Shown: piece by piece, positions 27,457 to 38,600 of the stretch
Layout: each line of letters begins with the position of its first letter
How positions within the stretch are numbered: the first letter of the stretch is position 1
Assembly (NCBI RefSeq): GCF_009914755.1
Contig: NC_060930.1
From: the human T2T-CHM13v2.0 reference genome, Homo sapiens
DNA: 64,000 bases
Direction: 5' to 3' (one strand)
Program-made: the position numbers and the translations under genes
Notes under the pieces: model-generated
What the model was told of the DNA's origin: nothing
What the model saw: the letters and a program-made list of their open reading frames with translations, nothing else
The model's database searches: none

Positions 27457-27519
27457 TTAAATGTAAAACACTACTATACAATATTAAGTGCTTTAGTTGC
27501 ACTATCCTATAATTTATTT

Positions 27520-27900
27520 TTCATTCTGCAACTAGAGGGATCACTGTACAGTCCAGATTTGATTGCCTCTTCCTTGGCCCTAGTATAAAGATAAAGTATT
27601 TAACATAGATTATGTCTTTATGACCTGCCCCTCCTATCTTCAAAGCTTATCTACTGCCCTTCTTGGTCTATGCTGCAGCCATACTGAACTTTTTTTATTT
27701 CCTCTAAAGTGCCACGTACTCTCATTCCTCCAGGTCTTTGCATGTGGAGTTCCCTCTGCATGGAGGACCACTCTCCCCTCTGTCTCTGCCTGGAGAACTC
27801 TTATTCATAGACAGATCCCAACTGAGACATCAAATTCTCAAAGGCTATGAGTTTCCACAGCAGTATCCCCTAACAAAGCACATATAACATCTTATAATGA
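27520..27900 (+). mobile_element. L2 relic
   Basis: ATGACCTGCCCCTCCTATCTT...CAGCCATACTGAAC...GGTCTTTGCATGTGGAGTTCCCTCTGC. Confidence 0.7.
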
Positions 27901-28179
27901 CTGCAAATAGTCTTCACTTTGCTCAGTAGTGTAGGAATATGAAAATGATATGCTAGTTGAAACTGTGCAAATAAATCTTTGTAATAAGTAATAAAATAGT
28001 TTGTTCAATGTCCTTTGAAAATTTTTGTCAAAACACTAAAAAAACTGTCATTTTTTACAAATGTATACAGAAATGAGGTAGTCAAACTCACAGTTATTTA
28101 CCATACTAAATACAGAACATTAAAAATCTTGAAAACCATCAATAAAAGAACACTCAGCACTTAAAAAAAACTATTTATT

Positions 28180-29188
28180 TAGCAAATGCAGACAATTCAT
28201 TAAAGACATTTCACAGTTGTTTAGCAAGCACATGAAAACATATTTGATATTATCAGCCATTAGAGAAACGCAAACTAAAATTTCAATGAGATCACTAAAC
28301 AACTATTGGAACAGCTAAAATAAAACACAGTGCTAGCATCAAATGCTGGTGAAGATGGATTACTCATACATTGCTGATGGGAATGTAAAATGGTACAGCC
28401 ACTATGAAAAACAGCTTGACAGTATTTTATGAAACTAAACATGTATTTACCATGCTAGATAGCAATTGTACTCTTGTGCATTTATTGCAAAGAAATAAAA
28501 ATTTATGTTCACACAAAAACATTTAGATGAGTGTTCATAGCTTTATTTGTAATAGCCAAAAAGAAAAAAACAAAAATGTCCCTCAATGAGAAAACAGTTA
28601 AATAAATAATGGCATACAGTGGAATACTATTCAGCAGAATAAAGGAACTATTAATATGCACAACTTGCATGGATCCTAAGGGAATATCTAGATTGAAAAA
28701 ACTGAACCCAAAAGGTACATAGTACATACATACCATATACATACATACATACATATACACACATATTCCATTTATACAAAAATCTTAAATTGTGACGTTA
28801 CAGAGGAGTAATGATGAGTGGTTCTGAAGGAACAAGGGGAGGGGGCTGTGTCTACGAAAAGGTAGCCCAAGGGATCCTTCAGGTGACAAAAAAAATTCTG
28901 TTATATATCTTGATTATCGTGGTAGTTACTATGACTCTACACATGATAAAACTGGAAATAACACACATACACATATGACTGCGTATAAAACTGGTAAATT
29001 CTGAATAAGATCAGGTTCTATCAATATCGGTTTCCAAGTTGTGATAATGTACTACAGTTAATGCAAAATGTAAAATAATACATTTGAGGGAAAATGGATA
29101 AAGGGACACAAAAACTCCCTGTATTCTTTCTTATAACTGCATGTGAATTTATAATTATCTCAGAAATAAAAGTTGAATTTAAAAATTA
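28180..29188 (+). mobile_element. L1MD-like LINE-1 3' end
   Basis: GATGGGAATGTAAAATGGTACAGCCAC...TTATGTTCACACAAAAAC; ends TAACTGCATGTGAATTTATAATTATCTCAGAAATAAAAG. Confidence 0.8.
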
Positions 29189-29327
29189 AGAGTAGTTTGA
29201 ATAATGCTACCCTTGTTTTCTTGGTTAAATATACCGTAAGGAAGCTAGCATATATTTTATGCCTCAGAAAATTATCATATTCCTTACTAAGTTGGGATAA
29301 GCCTCTAGCATTTAATCCTTTACATGT

Positions 29328-29346
29328 ATTTTGGTTTTTTGTTTAT

Positions 29347-29379
<33 letters not shown>

Positions 29380-29657
29380 AGACTGAGTCTCACTCTGTCG
29401 CCCAGGCTGGAGTGTAGTGGCACCATCTCGGCTCACTGCAAGCTCTGCCTCCTGGGTTCACACCATTCTCCTGCCTCAGCCTCCTAAGTAGCTGGGACTA
29501 CAGGCATCCACCACCGCCCGGCTAATTTCTTGTATTTTTAGTAGAGACGGGGTTTCACCGTGTTAGCCAGGATGGTCTCAATCTCCTGACCTCATGATCT
29601 GCCCGCCTCGGCCTCCCAAAGTGCTGGGATTACAGGCGTGAGCCACCACGCCCAGCC
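29328..29657 (-). mobile_element. AluY
   Basis: Diagnostics GCAAGCTC and CACCGTGTTAGCCAGGATGGTCTC, long T tail; TSD TCCTTTACATGT at 29316-29327 and 29658-29669. Confidence 0.95.
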
Positions 29658-29789
29658 TCCTTTACATGTTTAATGTTACGATATATCTCACACATTCTAA
29701 ATTTGTTGTATTTTTATTCATGTCTTTTTTACCACGTAAGCATCTATATAACTGGCAATAAGAATGGTTAACATGATTAGAAAGAGTAA

Positions 29790-29990
29790 GGCAATGTGTT
29801 AAGCATTTTATAAGTATTAACTCATCCAATTCTTATGACAGTATGAGGGCACTAGTATTATTCCTGTTTTACATGGACTATGAAGTGTAGGAATTTAAAC
29901 TAACTTGCTTAAGATTACACAGCTAATACATGATGAAGCTCACATTCAAGCCTAGGCCACTTTCATCTAGACTAACTTTTAATCACACAT
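29790..29990 (-). mobile_element. MIR
   Basis: TATTATTCCTGTTTTACA...TAACTTGCTTAAGATTACACAGCTA...ATTCAAGCCTAGG. Confidence 0.7.
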
Positions 29991-30750
29991 GCTTTCAGCC
30001 TCCAATGGTCAGCCCTTATCTGTTCAAGGTCAGGCTGAAGTAATTACATGCAAATTATAGCATGTTCTTAAAGGAAATTATTTCATCAACAAATATTTTA
30101 CAGAAACCAGAACTCAACTAGTAAAAGTTTTAATGAATGTTAACACTTTACTGGAGAGTTACAATTATATTCACAGAAACAAAAAAGCTGGTTTCCCTTA
30201 TGGTAACAGCTAACTCTAAAATTCTTAAGAGTATATTGACTTCATTGTTTTACAACACCTAAACATTCTTTAAATGTTGTTTACAATCCAAATATTCTGA
30301 TGTGAAGATGAAAGTTTTCTTACACTTACATGCAGAACAACTGAGTTCAGTAATTATGCAACGTCCAAAAGTGAGAATAAAGGGTAAAGCTGCCTAGCAA
30401 ACCATTTTATCAAATTACCAAAAAATAAATTTCTATCCATGCTATCTAAATTATTTGAAATTTAAAATAGTAGAATAAAAATACTTAAGATTTGACATTA
30501 AGTCAGTCTTTTAATTTCCCTTACCTTCCTTATCCAGAGAAAAAAATATTTTTTGTGCCTTTAACACACATTCAATACATATTTGTAGAGGGCCTATTGT
30601 GTGTAAAATAGCCTCTCTTTACCGAATATTAATAATATACACACACATGCATGTGGGTATAGGTGCATGTATCATAGACATTGTAAAAATTCTAAAAACT
30701 GGGGAACGAAGAAGAAGATTCAAGTAAATTTTTAAAAAAATATTCTTTAC

Positions 30751-30950
30751 ACACACCGGGGCCTGTTGTGGGGTGGGAGGACGGCGGAGGGATAGCTTTA
30801 GGAGATATACCTAATGTTAAATGACGAGTTAATGGGTGCAGCACACCAACATGGCACATGTATACATATGTAACAAACCTGCACGTTGTGCACATGTACC
30901 CTAAAACTTAAAGTACAATAAAAAAAGTAAATAAAAATAAAAATAAACAA
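30751..30950 (+). mobile_element. Very short young L1 3' end (L1PA3-like)
   Basis: ATACCTAATGTTAAATGACGAGTTAATGGGTGCAGCACACCAACATGG...TAAAACTTAAAGTAC + A tail; TSD core ATTCTTTAC at 30742-30750 and 30957-30965. Confidence 0.92.
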
Positions 30951-31189
30951 AAAGAAATTCTTTACCAAAGTTCCCAATTTTTCTACACATAAACATATTT
31001 TCTACTAGAATTTCACAATTTAAGAATGCTGCTGAGTGCAGTTTTCCTTTAGTCATTTTCAACCCATCCTTTTCTGAAATTGTTAAAAATCAGTGAGACA
31101 ATTAAAAGGCAAATAGCTTTGGGAAAAGTAAGTAAATGGAAAATCAGTCTATACACAATATATTTAACTTAGTCAAATAGAGAAATGCC

Positions 31190-31900
31190 TAGGTCCCAGG
31201 TGTTACTTGTCCTGTTTAAGGCTAACCCTTCTCTCTATTTGCAAGGTCTCATTTCCTTTTATCTTCTTCCAGTCCCTCTCCCCACATCAAACATCAATTA
31301 AACCCCTCTTCTCCTGTTTCTTTAGTCTACCCCCTTGACTAATCTGGCCCCTGCATAGAATCTCCTCCATTTTAACAACAACAGCAACAACAACAATTCA
31401 AGTCCAGATCTACTCTTTCTCCTTTCTTTAATCGAGCTTATTGAAGGTATAATCAACGGACTTCCTCATTTGCATGGCGAGCTCACTTCATTGCAACTTT
31501 ATTCTTGACCCTTCTGACAGCTGAAACTAGTTTAGCCAGTCACTAATGAGCCCTTAATTAATGAATCTATTAGGCATTTTTCATTTCTCATCCTACTGTA
31601 TCTTTCCAAAGCAATGAGAACTATTGGCAATTCTTCTGCCTTCTTGAAACCCTCCCCCATGCCCTTCACGAAACAACTATTGTTCTTTTTCCTGCTACTT
31701 CTCTGATGACCCTCTTCAATTTTCTTATTAATGTCTCTTTCTCTGTCCATCCTTCAAGTAATGGCTTTCATTTAGGTTTCTTTTCTTTCTCATATCATAA
31801 ATTGCAATGTTTCATGGATAATTTTTCACACCCCATGGCTTCACCATCAATTCATTCTGATGATGCATAAATTTACATTTCTACTTCAGATCACTTTCCA
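31190..31900 (+). mobile_element. L2 relic
   Basis: Pyrimidine-rich L2 ORF2-region motifs (CTGAAACTAG, CTTCTTGAAAC, CCCCATGGCTTCA...CTGATGA). Confidence 0.6.
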
Positions 31901-34291
31901 AATTAGTATGAACAATAGGGGTCTGGAACTATTTTATTCATTCTATGTCACTCAGACAACCAGGATCAGAGTTGAAATTGTAAGCCATACCCCTGCGTCC
32001 AATTTTAGTCCTGTGCTTTTTCTAACATAGCATATAGCTTCTCTAGTTCTACAATTGTATCAATGCTGTTTCAGAGAAGTAGCAGAAGAAATATAAATTC
32101 CAAAACTTTACACAAAGGCAGAACTCCATGGTGGAGCTGGGGTTTGAATACTGGGGAAGCCTAAGAGAGGTAGAAAAGAGAATTTCTAGACACAATTTAA
32201 GAATGAGGATGGAGGCTGGAAGTCCATTAAGATGAGACAGAGCACAGGGATCCATCCTTCCTGAACCAAGAAACAGATAAAATTTTTCTCCTTCACATTT
32301 TCTTTTGCCTGTATTTTCAATTACCTAATGAAACAATGAAATTTAGCTACTATTATGCTTATATTAAATCAAGGTTTCAAGTCAGCTCACTCGGTAGGTA
32401 TATCTCAGTAACTGTTTAATCAGCTATGGATCAGAGTTCAGATTTTAATAGTTTTATATGATATCACAATATTAAGCACAGGAAAGAAACAAAGACAGAG
32501 ATCACAGACCTCTGATTACCAACTGCCTTTTACCAGTTGTATAACATCATGTAGGAAATAGTCACTTCCCTGAGAGGGCAAGAAAGGCAGGAGCAGGAGA
32601 GAGATATGGGGAGGAGACCTACATTTCAGGTCTAGGTGGGGACCCCAGATCCCAGACATCTAGCTCCACTGTAAGTCTTAAGGATTCAGCATTTCTGGAC
32701 ACTGTCACTGTACACGCTGTTCCCAGCCTCAGTCTATTTATATTTATAGACTAGTTGGCTCTTTGTAGCCAGAAGACATCAACACCACCCAAATAATTAT
32801 AAATATTCATAGTCAAGAGCAACTGTCTTTGTTTTTCAAAATGATAGAAATATGAAAGCTACAGTGTTTCCATTCCTGGCACCTTACAATTACCTTATTG
32901 CTGATTATGCTGATATTGTAACTATTTATTTATAAAATCTCTGTCCAAATTAACTGTAACCATTACTTTCATCAGTGCAACCTTTGTAAATAGATAATGT
33001 GCTGCTGTATTTTAACAGTAAGTGGTAGTGATGTTATACAGACATTACATCATTCAGTCACCCGTTTTGCCATCTCTACTCACACAGCAAATTTCCATGA
33101 AAAACATTAGCATCTACCCAGGATAGGCCCACTCAGTGAAGCCGTATGAATGACAATTTTACTTCAGATCTGTGAGCTTATCCCAAAGTTAAATTCAATA
33201 TAGTTTTATAACTTTAATACTAAAATACATCAAAATTGGCTACCTCCTTCATAAGTTAGAGTGGTCAGAACAGCCAAATGAAATTCAAAACAATTATGAT
33301 AAACCAGAGACCCAATTCCATTTGACTTATAATAACCACAATTTACTATAATGGTCCTTGGCCCTGAAGGAGAGGGCATATTCAGGCCAGACTCTACAAT
33401 CCCATTCAGACACCATCGGTGGTGAGGGGTGGCAGTGCTCCTGCACTCCCTTCTACATACAGACCCTTGCTTTCAGTTCACCATGGGTCATGGGGTTTGT
33501 GGCAGTTGAAGAGTTCAATACCTGCTACATATTCAGAGTAACCCAACAGTGTGCAGCTGAATGAAAACACTGCTCCAACCACAGGGAAATTTTAATAGAT
33601 GAGGTCATGCATCCCAAAGTTTCAGACATGGTACAATAAGAAGAAAAACATGAAAAGAAGAATCTTGAGCAGAGCTCTGGGTATTTTCCAAATACTGGGA
33701 GGTTTTGTCTACCAGAAATTTTCACTGGACAGTACAGTACAATAACTCAATAATGCAGTGCCATCTTCAGTAGCAGAATACCTAGAAGTGAGATGTCTTT
33801 CTAAGTCTGCTGTTTCAAAGCAAATAATTAACTTGATAAATCATGCAAATAGAACCCTTGCTCGGCTGAATGACAAAAATATCCAGTGCATTACCTCAGC
33901 ACATGGATTGGTAGAAAGATAATATGAAATGAAAGGCTTGCTTCAATTTTTAAGTATCTGCAGGCAGCAGCTGGAAAGCAGCAATATATTTCAGTTAGGA
34001 AGAGCAGCTCCTAAAATTATAATAGACTGCTCAGATTTGAAGGCAGAAGGAGAAAAGTGGGGAGAATGATATACATGGAGATAACAGCTTTTACTTATGT
34101 GATACTTATTGCTCCCGGTTTCTATCATGACAGCCAGTTAAATAGGATGCATACTGTAGACAATACCCTAATTGCCCTTGCTTTCACTAAGATACAGACT
34201 CCTCCAGGATACTGGCACTCAAATGTAGCATAGGATCTCACTGGAGGGCAACCATACAACCCAGTGGTTGACTGTTATAAAGGATAATTTC

Positions 34292-34438
34292 CACCAGGTA
34301 CGGTGGCTCACGCCTGTAATCCCAGCACTTTGGGATGCCGAGGTGGGTGGATCACCTGAGGTCAGGAGTTCAAGACAAGCCTGGCCAACATGGAAAAACC
34401 CCATCTGGGATTACAGGCGTGAGCCACCACATCTAGCC
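34292..34438. mobile_element. Rearranged Alu: + left monomer fused to an inverted Alu 5' end
   Basis: + AluS left arm to CCCCATCT (34406) joins CTGGGATTACAGGCGTGAGCCACCACATCTAGCC, the reverse complement of an Alu 5' end. Confidence 0.92.
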
Positions 34439-34592
34439 AAGGCAGTATTTTCTATCTTTGAGTATAACAAAGTTATTCTCTGTATAGTGGTATACTTCCA
34501 TTTTCCCTAAAGAATAAAGTTTGACAACATTTAATAGTAATCCAAAAATGAAAGTTATCTGTTTGTTTTTGTAGTTCAATAAAAAGGTCCAG

Positions 34593-34949
<357 letters not shown>

Positions 34950-36595
34950 CTACTATCTCAATTAATAAGTGAAGAATTAGCCATAGAGTGCATGGCAATA
35001 ATTCAGTAGCTTGCTCAGGTGGCATTATCCTTTAGTCTAGAGTCAAAGGAATGCTGGTCTTTTTCACAAGCATTTTCCACTGTATTAGTTCAATTCACTG
35101 CTTCTTGAGTGGTACAAGTTAGAAGGTCTTCTTCATCAATAAATATCTATTTCAAAATAAAAACTAGTTATCTTTATAGGCAATTTTGTATTTGTTGTTG
35201 CTCAGAGTTGAATTTTACCAAGATTTTATAACAGAAAAAAGCACTTTAAGACAACCCATGATCTTCTGAGAATGACAGCGCTTAAGAGATCATTTCATAA
35301 AATCACAACATTCTAACAAAAATTTATCAAAGTTTAAGAAATTTTAACTCCTCCTATTTCCCGGGACCTGGTCGCTTTAAGTGAGAAAAACAAGTAACAG
35401 GCCAGAGTACTAAAACCTTGACACATTATCATTTCACTTAATCCTCATTTAATCTCTGTATTTCAGATGAGACACTAATGTTCTTAAAATCATGGGCCAG
35501 TAAGGGGCACAGATTTCCAACACTTTTCCTACTCAACTCCATCTCTTTGAAATTTCATCAACTAGAGCCAAAAAGTAGTCACAAAACATTGAGATGTGAT
35601 GACAGCTGCTATTATATAACGTCAAGGTAAATCACTAATTAGCATTTGAGAAACATATAAAGAGTATTAACCTAATAAGTATGGTGAATATGAAGCCAGT
35701 AATTCACCTCCAAACCCATTCTTCTATGTCTTCTACTTTCCATAGCAGAATTCCTAGACTAATTCTGCAAAATGTTCATAATCCAGGACCTAATGTGTGA
35801 CTCCCTTCATGTTGATATGAGCATCAATTAAACTTTTATATGCTTTTAAATAAACATTGGTGAAATTAATAGCTAGGAAACTAAAAAGTGTAGGGTGGCA
35901 ATGTTATTCTACACCCTATACAACCAAAACTAGCCTTAGTTTGTTTTCAACATTGCACCGCTAGCATTAAAATTCCTTTTAGTTTTACTTATGTAAATAC
36001 TACCCAACAGAGCTCCTGAGTAACATGAAATAACCTGTGTCATAATTCAGAAATACTGAATTTTTTGAAATACTGAAAATGGGATATAGGTCTCCCTCTG
36101 TCCCATTATAGCTTTCTTACACTTAAGAATTCAGAGCAAATTAAGAATAATTAACTACTTGAAATAAATATGTCTAAGTATTGAGTATCTAAATTTATAA
36201 GGACTAGCTTTCCAACCATTTAGAATGTTTCATATTTAGCATAGTTTATAGGGATTCCAGAAATTACTGCAACCATTCAATTTACAAACTCTATACTTGG
36301 GTAGTCCCTGGGCAAAACCATACATATAAAACTACTATCTCAGGAAAGAAAAATATTCACCTATGAGAGAATCTGTTCCCCTCATTTTCAGTTTGTGCCC
36401 ATGAATAGTTACCTGTTTTCTTCAGTGTAACTAAACTTCCCTTTCTATATTTAAAAAACAAACAGTATTCAGTTACTTTTTGTTATTTTGTTTATAATTT
36501 TTCATAGCACAGGTGTGATTCTATGCGAGCACACTGGATGATCCTTTAAATTATAAAATGTATAAATTTCAGTTAATACAAATAAATGCATATAT

Positions 36596-36939
36596 GTCAT
36601 GAGTTGCCTAATGATGAGGATAGCTTCTAAGAATGTCACTGTAGTTGTGCAAACATCATAGGGTGTTAATTACATAAGCATCATTGAGTGTTACTCACAC
36701 AAACCTATACAATAGATATAGTCTATTACATATGATATAGTCTATTGCTCCTACAATATAAACCTGTACAGCATGGTGCTGTACTGAATACTGTAGGCAG
36801 CTGCATCACAATGGTATTTTTATATCTAAATATATCTAAAAATAGAAAAGGTACTATAAAAATATAGTAGTATAATCTTATCAGATTGTATATACGCAGT
36901 CTATCATTGACCAAAACATCATTATGTGGCAAATGACTA
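36596..36939 (-). mobile_element. Tigger3a/MER7A-like MITE
   Basis: AAACCTGTACAGCATGGTGCTGTACTGAATACTGTAGGCA...TGACCAAAACATCATTATGTGGCAAATGAC. Confidence 0.85.
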
Positions 36940-37147
36940 CATTTAAATAATAAAAAGTTCTTTAGTTCATCTAAATAAAGGCATTTTTGTCAATCAAATG
37001 TTGTGCAAATAGCACATTCCATAGTTTCCAGCTTATTCTCACCCAATCATATACTACCTCAACAAGTTAACAGAGTATGATACAAACCAGATTTGCGCTA
37101 ATATAAATTTATCTTTCGTATCTTAGAGCACAAAAGGGGACACTTTA

Positions 37148-37556
37148 TATGTTAGGCCATTCTTGCAATTACTATAAAGAAATACCTGAATCTGGGTAAT
37201 TTTTAAAGAAAAGGGGTTTAACTGGTTCACAGTTCTGCAAGCATTACCGGAAGCATGGTGCTGAGCATGTCTGCTGGGCTTCTGGTGAGGCCTCAGAGAG
37301 CTTTTACTCATGGCAGAAAATAAAGGGGAAGCGGGCATTTTACACGGTGAAAGTGGGAGCAAGGGAGGAAGGAGGAAAGTGCTACATATTTTTAAACTCT
37401 CTTACAATTGTGAGGACAGCACCAAGGGAATTGTATTAAACCCTTCATGAGAGATCTGTCTCCATGAACAATCACCTCCCACCTGGCCCCCATCACCAAG
37501 ACTGGGATTGCAATTCAACATGAGGTTTGGCAGGGATATATATCCAAATTACATCA
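37148..37556 (-). mobile_element. MSTA-like MaLR solo LTR
   Basis: GTTAGGCCATTCTTGC...AAAGAAATACCTGA...CTTCTGGTGAGGCCTCAG...CAATTCAACATGAG...ACATCA. Confidence 0.88.
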
Positions 37557-38269
37557 ATTTGTGTACTCAACTTGTCTTTAAACCTATGATGGGCACACAG
37601 ACATAATAAGATCATTTTACATATATACTATTCTATAGAGGATTTCAAAACAAGGATCTAAATTATGCTCTTAAAGTGATTTATAAATGTAACCTTTGAT
37701 TCCTCATTCACCAACAAATAAGAGAATTATTGGCTGTCCAGCTTTTTGCTCAAGCACAAAAGAAATCCTAGTTTTCACCTTTAAAAAGACAGATGGGGAC
37801 CCCTGAATTTCCAGTTTGCTGAAATGAAATTTAATTGTTAGATTAAAATTTGAAAAGGGCTCATATAAAATAAAATAGCATTGGTGAATGGAGGCATAGA
37901 TCACCTTTAATAACAAAATTCCAAAGAGAAAAAATTACAGAATATAAATATAAATATGTGTAAATTTTCTCAACAAAGAAAGCCCGGTACAAATACTTTC
38001 CCCAAAAGAGAGATGTCTATGTGCCAATGACACAGTATAAATTAGAATTTGATGTATTTTTGACTATTATGAAATAGGTCCTCATGAACTGAAGTTCTGC
38101 CAAAACAGAGAAGCCACGGTAGGAAGAAAAAGAATCACTGGGAATTCAGTAATGTAAGTCATATTTGCTTTAATTACCTTAACTCTATAAACTTAAAATG
38201 GTAGAATGAGGTAGGAAACCCTCTTCTGCAACATTTATTTTGTGTTACACATGAAGATGCACATCAAGC

Positions 38270-38600
38270 ACTTGTCTGCTGCCCACATTTCTCATCCTGC
38301 TTGCCGTTAGATGGTATAATGTCACTTGTGACTAATGAGCTGTGACATGTGTTACTTCCTAAATAAGGCTTCGGAACACCCATGAAGGTTCTCCAGTCAC
38401 TGTCTTTTCTTGCCACTAAGATAAAGTTCTGTGTCCCAAATGGTGCAACCACAAAATGTAGAGCCTCAGTCAGCATGAGTTTGTGGGTGACTACACAGTA
38501 CAAATCCCCCCAATGACTTGCTATGCACATAACATAAATAATAAATAAATTGCCATTGTCCCTGAATGCCATGGCTAATTAGGAACTACAATACAATCTA
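38270..38600 (+). mobile_element. Degenerate MLT1 (J/K-like) LTR
   Basis: CACATTTCTCATCCTGCTTGC...AATGAGCTGTGACATGTGTTACTTCC...AGATG-like/GAGCCTCAGTCAGC motifs. Confidence 0.5.

Larger units (their letters stand above)
27904..29730. mobile_element. Tigger8-like DNA transposon split by an L1MD and an AluY
   Basis: Left part GAAACTGTGCAAA...TTTTTGTCAAAACACTAAAAAA resumes after the L1 as AGTAGTTTGAATAATGCT...CTAAGTTGGGATAAGC. Family name from memory. Confidence 0.55.
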
